Notes: a model not told the origin generated them from the sequence alone. A DNA stretch of 55,594 bases from Oopsacas minuta (GCA_024704765.1 JAKMXF010000296.1:73025-128618); one strand, 5' to 3'. Positions 24,560 through 36,890 are shown, counted from the stretch's first letter. Program-made: numbers and translations.

Positions 24560-25837
24560 AGGGCCATTAGATCACTTAGAAATTTATGTTTGTTTGGTAA
24601 TTTCTTGGAATTACAGTATTTCTCTAAGTAAGCACCGAATTTCCAGAAAAAGGCTCCAAGACTTGTGAATTAACTCAATATTTTGTCCCGTGCTGGTGCT
24701 GGATAATTCTGGAGTTTCCCATTCTCTAGCCTAAGATGGTTCATTTTCATCATAAATAATATAGGAACATTGCTGAACTTTTGGCAAGTATTTCAACTTC
24801 TGACTCTTCTAGACATTTTCGGAATTTTTGGATACTTGATTGGATTTGGTAATCCATTGTTTTCTGACAATTTGACACAAAACTGTTGACACTCGTTAGG
24901 TTAAAAGATTGCTGAGTATTATAGCAACAATGCCAATATTGTATTTTGAGCAGGTACGTTTCATACCCAAGGCAGGTGTAGTGATGAACGAACCGATATT
25001 CACTACCATAGAAATTACATAGAAGTCCCTTTTCTCTTTCTATATTTATTCTTTTCGCAAGCCGAAACTTTGTAGAGTTAAACTATTTGAATTGTTTTAT
25101 CTCCCAAACTTAATTGTATCTCTGTTAACAGTACCACGTTTGACAATTGCATCATTGATTCGAATAATATTCAAGCTTATCATGGTTATCAGATTGTAAA
25201 CTGTACATGTGTTTGCAAGAGATACTTTATTATTCGTTCCACCTCAATTCACACAAAGGTTCTCTGATCCCTGTTTTCACAATCTATTTGGTCATTTTCT
25301 TGGTTCTGCAGTATTAAGTCAATAACTACTTGGTATGGAACTTTTGTGATCTATCAATTGCTTTCTGATCCCAGTAGGATGTTTTAATTTGATCTTCATC
25401 AGAATAAAGGTAGAATGGAATCAATACATTATGTGCTTCTTTATGCCAGTAAATTAACATCTCACTAATTTCCAATTTGAGATGTAATTGGGTAAGATTC
25501 TTGCAATGGGGAAAGTTAGACTTTTCCAATCCGAAATCGCTTTGTGGTAAGTTAATTTGTTTCATCAATGTTGATAGCATTGGGAGAGGCAATTTCCTCA
25601 GATATTCTACTGATTATCTTATTTTTCATCGCAATTACACTAGGTAGTTTCTCATCTTCTTTGAATATCGTGGTGTACATTACTTCCACTTCTTGCACTT
25701 CAGTTTCAGAAATATCAATATTATCAATCTCGAATTCATCATCACTGTAATAATCAAGTGTTGCCTTATATTTGTTCAAATTATCTGTTTTAGATATATC
25801 AGTGTTAGTCGCAAATTCTTTTTTACAGGGTTTAATC
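24560..25837 (-). pseudogene. Decayed minus-strand coding-like region; product unknown
   Basis: Acceptor-like TTTCTATTTTAG| at about 25837, then overlapping frames IKPCKKEFATN...DDEFEIDNID...; LPQSDFGLEK...WHKEAHNVLIPFYLY; QKTMDYQIQSSIQKFRKCLEESEVEILAKSS. Several frameshifts and stops. Confidence 0.3.
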
Positions 25838-26400
25838 TAAAATAGAAATAGACACCGTTGTTATCTTTTGTAACCCTCCGTGAAATATTAATGTAATCAT
25901 GTTTTTCTATTCGTCAAAACTCGTAGCGCAGACACAAGGGCTGCTAAGCTATGGTATGTACGTAGATATAATAAATTTACTTGTTTTCCATCGTTCTCTA
26001 CCATGTTTATATTCGGGTTCACTTTGACTATAATGAATGTTCTGGATTCATATCCACCGGTCTTTGTGCCTGACAACGATTTTATTAATTAGCTCTTGAT
26101 TGCTTTGTGATAAGACTATGTCAATTCATTTTTTTGAGTGTTGTATGGAGCCATAAATATCAAATGACATTGAATTCATTGCGTAAACTCTCCATCAAAT
26201 TTGCTTCTGAACTCATCCCCATTGTCTGTGGAATCAAATCATTGTAATCTGAATAATAAATCAATTTTTGTCTTGAGTTGATTGAGTTTGCTCTTCTCAA
26301 TGATTGTGTTGATTGAGTTTGCTCATCAAAATGATCAAGTTGATTTGTTAGTAACCCAATTTAATAATGAATTGAAATGATCTTTTGAGTTTAAACTTAA

Positions 26401-26480
26401 AGATCATTTTAATTCCAAAGTTCCTTTTAACTCTAAAGATCATTTTAATTCCAAAGTTCCTTTTAACTCTAAAGGTCATT
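26401..26480. repeat. 36-bp tandem duplication
   Basis: AGATCATTTTAATTCCAAAGTTCCTTTTAACTCTAA at 26401 and 26437, plus a partial third unit. Confidence 0.85.
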
Positions 26481-26743
26481 TGATTCTAGACATCATTTAA
26501 ACTCAAAAGATCATTTTTACCTTTACGGCCAAAGAGTTGTGTTCGTATTCGTCAAAAGTATGTTTTCATTGTTAGAATTTTATTAGAAATTTATTGTTGA
26601 AACTGAAGCTCTGCTCATTGATAGAATGAATTTTCAAAAACTGCAAATAATACAGGTGTAGCAGCCACATTAACCCCCACCCAGTTAATCCCCCGGGGTT
26701 AATTTGTGCTAGTGTAGTTTATACCCCAGGGGTTAAACTGAGC

Positions 26744-28136
26744 CAGAGCTGCAAATAGGCAATGGGTTGAAGGGCCATGACCCACCGGTCCACCAGTACT
26801 TATATGCATTTAGTATATTCAAAAACTACCACCCATTTATATGCGATTTGCCACACATTAATGTCTAAAAGGTATTAGTATTATCAACAATTAGGTTGTT
26901 ACGTTAATATTATTGTAAAAAATTTAATAATGCTAAAAATTGAATTGCAATTGTTATCTAATATTGCTATGCAGATTTTTGTAATCCAAGGACCTTCAGT
27001 AGAAAGCGAGAGGGATTTTAATGCTTTTAATGCTCGGAATATTATAAATTACCAACGAAATTCAATCTTACCCGAGACTGTGGAGGCTGTTTCGGTAGTT
27101 TTGGAGGGGCACAAAAACAGCATAATTTCATGAGTTAGATTAAATCATTTCAGCATGAATCTCTTAGCACAGTGTGGCAAAATGGCGATTATGAGGTAAT
27201 AAATACTTACACTGAAGATATATGTTAAAATGTTGTCATATATAGTATATCGACTCTCTAGATTTCTAAAATAGCACCAGATTATTAGTTGCCCTTCTGG
27301 AAATGGAACTATGACGTAATCTGTGGTATTTTGATTTAATTAATAATTATGTTTCAACAATAAATGAGTTCTAAATTGCTGAGTGTTTTATATCAGCCAG
27401 CCCTATTTATTGATGAACTAGAATATCAATGCGTATGCTGAATTCGAAATACAGTAAGTATAAAATGTTATAACAAAATTAGAATTTTTCTAAAATACAT
27501 TTCATCCGAATCAGTGTGCCCCATGGAATCAATGCTAAGAAAAGTATAAGTGGGGGCATTTGGGCGTGTCTAGAATTATTGAAAATGAAATTTAGAAAGA
27601 TATACTATGTGAAATTCTCGACATTCAACTCACAATTATTTGCATTGTAAGATCTCGGACCTAAAATGTAGGTCAACGAGCTGAAATATGCATAATAATA
27701 GACGGATAATAATCATTGAGAATGAATAAATTAAGATATAATTTGTTTTGCAAACGAATTAAAATTCATCACATAATAAATACGAATACTGATAAATATC
27801 ATTGAATAACGAAAATCCAGGAATGCTGAAATATCGCAGGGGTATTTGAAAAGTAAATATTTGTGGTTTTCAGGTTTTCAAATTTCAAATTTCAGTTTGC
27901 GACTTTGGCTAGGCATGTTATAAGTTCATTAGGTAACTAAGATTAGCATATTTCTAGGTTTGAGATAGTGTAAAATCGAATGCAGGCATTAATTTTGGTA
28001 AATAGCAAAGTCAAATTTTCACCTATTCCCGCATAATTCCACACTGTGCTAAGTATTCAACTGTGTTGAGTTAATGGGTCAAGATGGGTTACGAGATAAT
28101 CGATGGGTCACTTGGCATGACCCATTTGCAGCTCTG
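26744..28136 (+). mobile_element. Internally deleted hAT related to the 38678-41135 element
   Basis: CAGAGCTGCAAAT TIRs, 8-bp flanks AACTGAGC / AACTGGGC (7/8), ATGGGTCA/TGACCCAT subterminal motifs. Retains only the C-terminal remnant IQGPSVESERDFNAFNARNII...LPETVEAVSVVLEG. Confidence 0.9.
27168..28048. mobile_element. Non-autonomous Transib-like element
   Basis: CACAGTGTGG at both ends, 5-bp flanks CTTAG / CTAAG (4/5), ATGACGTAAT at 27311-27320, no ORF. Confidence 0.72.
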
Positions 28137-28188
28137 AACTGGGCTAGCCCAGAATATTCAGGGTTTGATCTGGCTAAGATAGATTATA

Positions 28189-28382
28189 CACCCTTTATTA
28201 TGTCATGTGCAAAAGTGTGGGCGTCTGGTGTCATCTATGTATTCATAAAACAATACAAGATGCAAATTGTTGCATGAATACATTGTTGCACCATATATAT
28301 TACCTTGTTGCATACAAAAGATGAATACATAGATGAAATCAGTCACCCCACACTTTGCACATGACATATTAAAGGGAGGGAG
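28189..28382. mobile_element. Fold-back TA-targeting MITE (Stowaway/mariner-like end CTCCCTCC)
   Basis: CCCTTTA.TATGTCATGTGCAAA.GTGTGGG inverted at both ends, TA flanks. Confidence 0.7.
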
Positions 28383-28879
28383 TATAATTTGTCATAACTT
28401 TGATTATACATTGTATTTTTGAGCTAGTCCACTTCACTAGGACAGAATATACCGGGTATTATCTGGGCTATCCCAGAAAATATCTGTGGTTAATTTAGAA
28501 TAGCACAGATTATACTCGGGGTTAATCTAGGCAATAACACTAGCGTTTCGCCTGTATTATTCTAAGATTTTTACACTAGGATACTGTCTGTGTTTAATTT
28601 GACTTATAATTCATCTAATTTAGCACACAAATAGTATTTACAGCAAAATCAAAAAAAAAAATATTTTGTTTCTAAATTGCTAAATGGAGGAATCTCAATA
28701 AAGTGTTTTCAATTAGTTTTCAACCAGGATTTCTCCAATGTATTTGCTATATGAAGGAGTTGTTTTTTAATTATGATTTTGGGGTTCAATTTCTATCAAT
28801 CTGGGAGGGCGAACATACCCTCAGATTGAAAATGAGGATTGTCTGACCTGAGCCTATCTGTTTCCTATGTTCAGGCCGC

Positions 28880-29070
28880 AGGATGCGGCCTAAAATGGCG
28901 CAAATGATTACTTCACGACACAGCAATATTCAAAATTGTTCCACTATAACCGATTGCGGCCGAAGTATTACGTTCTTAACGAAAAGGAACACTAAAATTT
29001 ACCACTTCGTTTTAAATGATTCCCGCACCAAATCGAGATTTTCGCACCTTTTTGACTTCACAAAATGACA
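28880..29070. repeat. Dispersed repeat, copy related to 31470-31590
   Basis: Shared TTACGTTC.TAACGAAAAGGAACAC...TTACCACTTCGTTTTAA...CCAAATCGAGATTTT. Confidence 0.75.
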
Positions 29071-30369
29071 CAATGTAAATCAAAAGAAATCTATTAAACT
29101 CAAAACACCATTTTACACTCAAAAGATCGTTTAAATTCACGAGTTTAACATTATTTTTTGAGTTTAATTGATATCTTTTGATTTACAATCTATTTATTGG
29201 ATTTCCCATTGAAATGATTTAACTGATTGAATTCGTGCTCATATTACAAATGATGTTCTGACCCAATTGATTAAATCATTTCACAAATTGAATTTGACCA
29301 ACTTTTGATTGTTACTAATAACCTGAACTGGAGCTCCCTTGTATAGTATTTAGAAAATAGACCGTTTTCCACTAGTTTCCACCATTTTAACCATTCAGTG
29401 AGACCCCAATTTATCATTCCGGACACTATACTTTCTATCCTTCTTAGCTGGCCTATACTATTCTCATCTGTGATTTCAGAGTCTTCCCTAAATTCTATCA
29501 ATGTTATTTATGTCAAAAACATACCAAATTGTGAATTATATATAGAGATATGTATCCATGTATTGTACCACGTATATTTGCAAATTCTGCGTATTTCGGC
29601 CTTGATTATTATGTAGATCAGCGCCATAGCATTACATATTTCAAGTAAATTATCACAAGATGATTGACAAGTATTATTATGATTTCTTTGTTTATATTAT
29701 TATGTCGGACAGATTTTCGATCCTATGCGTTTTATTTTTGATGAAATTTTTCGGACCGTGAAAATTGAGGATCTTTTGCTATTTATGATAACACTGAGGA
29801 TCTTTCCCTATACAATAACACTAATTTCCTGATTTATGCGTGTGTTTTCGAAAGTAAGATAGCTAGGAGCGTGCTCCGGAAAACCTGTGAACTCCTTGCT
29901 CCAGTCCTTATTTAACCGAGCCGTCCAAATTGAGCATTCTTCAATTGAGTCAGTTTATCTATAATTTTCTACATATGAAGTTAGGGGTTAACTAAAATGT
30001 TGTTTTCTTTTAGCTTTAGGTGTGTTGCAACCTAATTGTGAAGTTGCGCATTCGCGAATTGGCCAATTTATTTGGTCCCTACGTGAATTCAATAGAAACT
30101 AAACTTCAGGAGTTATTTATATATACCATCATACTCAATGATTGTGAAAACATAAGTGAACACTCACCAAAATAATTTAGATGTTGACTTTCCTTCGCCA
30201 CCTACCAATGTTTGGATATAAGAAGAGTTGTTATATATATGGTGGTTTTCGTTTAGTTATTTTGGTATTAGACTCTACGTGTACACATTGTGTTATAGTT
30301 ATATTGGAAAACGGTTCGATATCTATTGTGTTCTCTTTACGGGTGTTGAACATGAATATACGCATTTAG

Positions 30370-30720
30370 ATCTTCACATAGAAGTGGACCCACTTTAACC
30401 ATGAAAAATAACTTTACAATATCCCATTCTATTTATAACAACTCCTTCCAGCATATCATCCACTCTAATTGATGTACAGCTACTTCAAACAGAGCATAGA
30501 GGACAATCTAATACTGAAATACAACGATTACACCACGAAATAATGAATCTTCACACAGAGAATGATGCAGCAGAATACCTACTATAATTGGAAGCAATAA
30601 GATATTTCTGGAATAACGCAATTCAGATACTTCTAATTCTAGTGCTATAAATAGCCATCTGGCAGGCTGTTAAGGCCAAAACTGCCCTTCTATATATACA
30701 TAAGTTATACCTTCACAATA
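30370..30720 (+). pseudogene. Exon-like segment with coiled-coil and hydrophobic tail, containing in-frame stops
   Basis: Acceptor GCATTTAG|. The phase-1 frame reads DLHIEVDPL*P*K...QSNTEIQRLHHEIMNLHTEND...YFWNNAIQILLILVL*IAIWQAV. Confidence 0.3.
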
Positions 30721-31469
30721 CAGTAACTACGTCATAGTTTACATATCTATGGTCCACAGAAAGTACAGAAAAGTATAAACACAGAATAAAAGTAAATAGT
30801 CTTAATGCAATTACTATTAGCTAGTTAGTTCCGATATTCGATATTCCTATAGGTAAGATTGTGTTTAGTATGTTTATTGGTATATTATGTCATGTTATTC
30901 CATACATGCTAAAATTGAAATGATAAGATTTTTGCAGCATATACTTATATTCGTAATTATGTTATAGTGCATTAACCCCCTTTATTATAATGATTTACTC
31001 CCCTGGGCGTTGCATTAGCCAAATGAGGGGAGATTGTCAGGTTCTTCAACCTACGATATTTCACAATAAATAGTTAAATATTTGCCGACCCTTTTATACA
31101 ATTCTGCGTTGTAACTAGAAATTTCTGAGCCAGGATGCAGTGATTAATAATAATTGCCTCAATATAATGGCGATGACAATAGGGAGTCGGGGAGAATGGG
31201 GAAACTGACGGGGAGCGAGGAGACTCTCAATACTAGTTACGTCCTTCCATCTTATTTCCTATATCCCTTTTTATTTACTTTCTTTACAGCTTGACAAATC
31301 GAAAAGTTTAAGTTCAACCTTTTTAATCGTCCTGTTTTTAAAAGGTTCAGACTTGGACTTAGCCCCAGCTATAAACGTATATATATTTTGTTTATTATTT
31401 GCGCCTCGATGTATACTTATTGTTGCAAATTGACAGTATTTATGGGTCCGTATTCAAGTAAATTGTATT

Positions 31470-31830
31470 TACCCGATTATGGCCAAAGTGTTACGTTCGT
31501 AACGAAAAGGAACACAAAATAATTACCACTTCGTTTTAACCAATTCCCGTACCCAAATCGAGATTTTTGGCCTTTTTGACATCATAAAATCACACATATT
31601 CCCGGCTGTATAAGGCTAATAGAGAAAGCAAAGACGAATTCTGCTATATTTTTCCAAAGAAATTTAGAATGAAATTGGACCCTGACCGATCTTTAACTAA
31701 AAGAAAATCCTGACTTTTTTTACTTAAATTTCCCAAAATTGTATTTCCAATGTGTTAGAATTTTTTTCGGAATTGATTGTTGATATTTGTCACTGAAACT
31801 GGGCTTATTGATAGATTCAATTTTTGACCT
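31470..31830. repeat. Dispersed repeat joining modules also seen at 28880-29070 and 5265-5410
   Basis: 31470-31590 matches 28880-29070. 31700-31830 matches 5290-5410 (AAATTTCCC.AAAAT..TATTT..A.TG.GTTAGAATTT.TT...ATTGTTGATATTT.TCAC.GAAA). Confidence 0.7.
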
Positions 31831-33317
31831 TGGAATAATGTCTGTGTTTAATTTAATTATATTCATCAAATTTTGTTAGGACTTTTAACTTAATACCTCC
31901 CTGGTCAGAACATCCTGTGTTAAATCGTTCACTTTTCTTAATTTATGTATTTAATGCATCTGGATAGCTGAAATTTGCCCTATGAAATTTAGATTTTGTC
32001 ATAAACGTCAGGATTTGAATATGTCTTGTAATTAAAACTTTAAATTGGATTTTGTCCTAAGATTTTTGATTTTGTCAAAACTCTCGATATTGGATTGTTT
32101 TCTAAACTGAGATCTCGGATTGAGTCGCTGGAATTTCTACTCAACTCAAATACTGGAATTACAGAGTAATTAAATACTAATTTGACACAAAAATTACTAT
32201 GTTTTCCAATGAAAAATCCACCCGCCAACTATCATGTGGTTACTAAGAAATTTGGACCACCCGCTTGGGAAAGATATACTCTAATCCAAGGGAATATTCT
32301 TCACAACCTACCTGAAAGTGGATAAATACACTAATCTAACAATTTTTGCTGGTTATTCACTAATCCGCGTTCCACTGAACCATTTGAAAGTTAGGACATT
32401 TCCAATTTTCATTTACAAGTTAGGACAAAATTCAGTATATATTTAGGACAACTTCAGGTTTTCCATGCATCTTTGGTACCTTGGGTATGCGCATGATGCA
32501 TATTTCAGTGGATATCAGTCGGTTTAAACAACTACTGCAATAAACTATTCTATTACTACATTCCAATAACTACCTTGATATCAATTGTGTTCAAACTCTT
32601 GTTCTAAACTAGTTTAATAGATAATGCATTAGACGTCAGAGTGTGTACGTTACTGTTTAACTACCAGCTATAACCCAAAATTGAAAAGTTAGATTCAATA
32701 ACATTTCAAACATCAGTTAATTATCACATTAAAATAATTCTATATGAGGAGTATTAACAATAACAGGACTCTTAATCGCATTTGCATCTTTTATTTTACT
32801 CTCATTTACTAAGTACTTTTCGCTGGACACTTTCTCTTATCCATACGTTTTGCTTGGTTCTCTATTTTGCTAGAACAGTGGATTCCACTTAATATCATAC
32901 CGCTTAATAGAATATCTAGTTTATTATCATTAACAATTTCAAATCTAAAATCATTTTGGAGACTTTTTGTACTATAAAATCGATTAATGTCATAAACACT
33001 CGTAGCTATGATAATTAAGAGGGATTCACTTTAATTTCTACTTATTATCACTTAACCCTCGTCAGTTCAGGTGTCCTGTTTCCACTTCAAACACAGTCCG
33101 TACTTCGAAGTACATAATTAGTGTTATTAATAAGATAGCTCGTGATCAAATGAGATACATAATCCCAAATACCAAGGAATCGAACTCTATTGATTGACAT
33201 ATACCATTAACCCTTCTTTCTCTATCTACAGGAACATTTGATGGAAGAATAGGTTGAATACTACACCACATTCTGCTCTCTCTATGCCAAGTTTCTTTAT
33301 ATTTGAGTAAAAGTATA

Positions 33318-33552
33318 CCGTAAACTGGGGCTACTTTGGCCCACTAGGTTTGCTTTAGCCCAAATATTGAAATCTTTTACTTATTGAATAGATATTATTT
33401 TTGTTTTCGAAATTGTCTACCGATATTTGAAAATTCGTTAAAAATTTGGCAAGTCATTTTCAAGTACAATGCTGAATCCAATCTAATTTCTTTGGAGCTT
33501 TGATATTTGGGCTAAAGCAAACCCAGTGGGCCGAAGTAGCCCCAGTTTACGG
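33318..33552. mobile_element. pogo/Tc1-type MITE
   Basis: About 45-bp TIRs CCGTAAACTGGGGCTACTT.GGCCCACT.GGTTTGCTTTAGCCC, TA flanks. Confidence 0.9.
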
Positions 33553-33574
33553 TATTTAAATATTAACAATAATG

Positions 33575-34116
33575 TTAATAACTACTGTAAATATTCAAAG
33601 TAATCCCATTAGGATCAATGCACCTTTGGCAGTGATCCAACCACATGCCAAATAACCGAGAATAACTGGATTCTGAGAAGCGCTCAATAGCGTCTGTTAA
33701 TGCGGCGTTCAACTCAGATTCCGATTCATAACGTCTCCCATTTAAGTTCCTTTTCAAGGTAGGAAACAACCAAACGCCACAAGAGGAAAGATCAGGGCTG
33801 TAGGTGGAATGGTCTATAAATTTTATGCCCGCTTGACTCAATGGTTTCTTAGATTTGTAAGCAATGTGAGCTGGAGCGTTATTGTGGTGAAATTTCAATC
33901 CGCGAAGCCCCGTCCTTGGTTTCAGCCTCTAAATAGCTTGAAACACTTTCCGACCGCCCGAATTTGTGTAAGAATGGTTTCCAAATACTCATCCTCAAAG
34001 ATCCATTTAGGACTATGCTGCTTTGGTTTGATGTCATAATAGTACATCCATGTTTCACCACCAGTCACCACTTTTGACAATCTTTTATTGAATACTACTC
34101 CAGCATAAAATGGCAA
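33575..34116 (-). pseudogene. mariner transposase C-terminal fragment, internally deleted
   Basis: VVTGGETWMYYYD, HHNNAPAH, HSTYSPDLSSCGVWLFPTLK, WLDHCQRCIDPNG. The catalytic Asp positions are mutated. Confidence 0.88.
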
Positions 34117-34399
34117 AATTGGATTCCACGGCCTTGGTGCTCAGAAGTTATAAAACAGTGATTTATCTATCTTCAGTGACTAACTTCTTTACATTGCATT
34201 ATTTTCCCAGCTGACCGCCGTTTTTGGCCGCTCTTATCGAGGATCATCGTCAAGGGAGGTGTGGCCAAAGCGAAATTGACGATACCACTTGTAGATGTTC
34301 GGAGATCAGCATGTTCAACTCGATGGGTACTTCGAGGTAAACTTCTACCAGCTCTAAACGAATATGATGTACTGCTTCAAGTGATGCATCAATTCACCT

Positions 34400-34998
34400 C
34401 CTTCTTCCAATATTCAAGCGAGTAGAAATACTATCTATGGCACTACAATCCAAAGAAGCCACAATCTTTGGAGCAATAGAAGCAACAAATTATACCATTT
34501 ATGAACTGTCAGATTGGAGAATGTGCGATACTCACTTTGACGAGATTTACAAAGATTGTTTGAAAATTTTGGGAGAATTAGATATTCATTCTCAGGTAAA
34601 GAAAATCTATTCGCAAAATGAATTCAAGAATAGAATATGACATTCATTTAACAAGTTATGCTCCAGCCTTGCAACTGCCGCCCTATTGTAGAGCACAGAT
34701 TATAGATTTCTAAGATTTGTTGGTTGAAAAATTGAAACAGACTTTCGATAAGAAGAACATAATAAGTGAGATTGAAAGCATTTTGTTAGTGATATATACA
34801 GAAGATATTGAAGAAAGCATGATGTCATATATGTACATATTTACAAGAATGACTTATCTTCAGTAGATGATTTACAATACCTACTTCAGATGTTATAGCG
34901 ATTAGCGAATCCAGGAAATTACGGCTGCAACTATTACAGGTTTTATTTCCATGACAAGTATTTGAGAGGTGAGAGAGATGCTACTTAATATTACAAGG
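34400..34998 (+). pseudogene. Decayed exon-like segment, product unknown
   Basis: RVEILSMALQSKEATIFGAIE...YKDCLKILGELD and PYCRAQIIDF*DLLVEKLKQTFDKKNIISEIE with stops. Ends at AAG|GTTAGT. Confidence 0.25.
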
Positions 34999-35291
34999 TT
35001 AGTGACTATTCTACTGGTGGTGGGAGCCTGCAGTGGGAAAATAAGGCCATTTTAGGGGAAATAGAGGTTTATATATATATATCTCTTTCACCTACAATTT
35101 GTGTTATTTACATATGGGATTATTACTATAAGGATTGGATTTAACTACTCCAATATTTGTATAATCACTTTAAGTGAGGTTATTACCAAATGATAACGTC
35201 AGCAAAATCATTTAATCTAATTATCATCCTAAGTCAGGGGTGGGCAAACTACTGGCCGGATCCGGCCCGCCTGGCTTTAGTTATTTGAGTA

Positions 35292-36638
35292 CAGTACAAT
35301 TCATAATTATTGCAACTTTCGCTTCTTATCAAACCAAGTCTATCGATTTGAAGGTATTGACTTTAGGTAGCTTCCTTCTTGTTCTACATATAGTTGGACT
35401 ATGTTTGATGTAATTTTAGTGCAAATTGAATTTTTTGTAGGTGTTTCTATTTTTAGGAATTTATATCTACTGATTACGTCATCATTACTAACCATGTTTA
35501 TCTTTGAGTTAGATTTTCTTTTCGCTTAACATCGATTTGATCTCTTGATGGCCCAGGAAGCAACTAGAAACAAGGTTGTAGCATTACTCCACGGAGGAAA
35601 GCACTCTGCCATTGAAATCTCGCAGCTGTATGGTGTAAACAAGACAACTGTTTACAGAATAAAGGAGCGTTTTAATAGAGAGGAAACATTGAATCACAAG
35701 AGAGGAGCTGGTAGGCCAGACAGTCTACGGAATAAAATCGCTTTATCTTGTACCAAATATGTGTCTAATGATAGGCAAAAACCCTGCCATGAAATAGCGG
35801 AAGAAATCTGCCTGAAACGTGGCATTAATGTCTCCACAAGTACTGTCTACCGTTGTTTTAAATCGCTTGATTATTCAAAGCCCTATCCAATTCGTGTGCC
35901 AATACTAACTGAAAAAAATCGACTGGCACGTATTGAGTGAGCTAGAAGAACAAAGATCGAAATTGGTGTCAAGCTGTGTTTTCAGATGAAGCTAGTTTCT
36001 GGATTCATGGTGGTAGAGTGCGAATGTGGTGTAAAGGTCCTAGGAGAATTTATCAACCAACAGTCAAACACTCAGCAAAAGTACACATATGGGCTGCGTT
36101 TTCCTCATTTGGCACCTTCCCTCTGTGTATTTTTTTACAGAATCTAGATTCACACTTCTTTGTCGAGATTTTGAAGTGGCATTTGTTGGAGAACGCCAAT
36201 GTCTTTCATGGCACAGAGTGGTTTTTGATTCAAGATAACGACCCGAAACACATACTAGTCGTAGGTGCAAGACTTGGATGGCCGAAAATATGCCAAATAA
36301 TCAGCTAGATTGGCCAAGTCAAAGTCCAGATATGAACCCTATGGAACATCTATTCGATTGGATGAAATACAAACTCAACCGAGATTGACCAAAGACAATT
36401 AAAGACCTGAAAGCACGACAAGGGGATATTTGGGATTCTATCACCCCAGAAATGATCGAACCTTACTATAGTTCAATGACACGCCGGTGCCAGATGGTAC
36501 TAGAAAATAACGGTTATAGGATCAATTATTGAGCCTAACATTCATATTTCATATTAGAATTAAATAGAATGATAATCAATTAGCACAGAGTATGATAACC
36601 GCGCAAATATGGAGTTGCAATAATTATGATTTATACTG
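35292..36638 (+). mobile_element. Tc1-family transposon, defective (transposase about 35548-36530)
   Basis: TIRs CAGTA.AA.TCATAATTATTGCAACT and TA at left. HTH N-terminus with GAGRP, then FSDEASF, HIWAAFS, QDNDPKH, WPSQSPDMNPME. Stop at 35938 and a 2-nt CA duplication near 36250. Confidence 0.93.
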
Positions 36639-36805
36639 ATATCACCAAGAAAACCAATTTTGACAAACTACTAACAATGCAGAATCAGTTGCATTGCACT
36701 TATTAAACAATATTAGTCAATTATTATGTATAATATTGTTGATTTTACAATTAGCTAGTAAGTTCTCTAATAAATTAGAACATGGAACGTAGTCGTAGGT
36801 CAATA

Positions 36806-36890
36806 CAATAAACATTGGATTTAACGACAAATCGCTTGTAACGACTCATTTTGCCTGCCCAAACGAGTGTCGTTAATCCAATGGTTACTG
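36806..36890. mobile_element. 85-bp minimal member of the 15269-15909 MITE family
   Basis: CAATAAACATTGGATTTAACGAC ... GTCGTTAATCCAATGGTTACTG, with the same internal modules as at 15290-15330 and 15840-15880. Confidence 0.8.

Larger units (their letters stand above)
26648..28559. mobile_element. Outer MITE-like element (hosts three insertions)
   Basis: TAATACAGG / CCTGTATTA termini and GGGGTTAA-type internal motifs on both sides of the inserted hAT. Confidence 0.5.
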
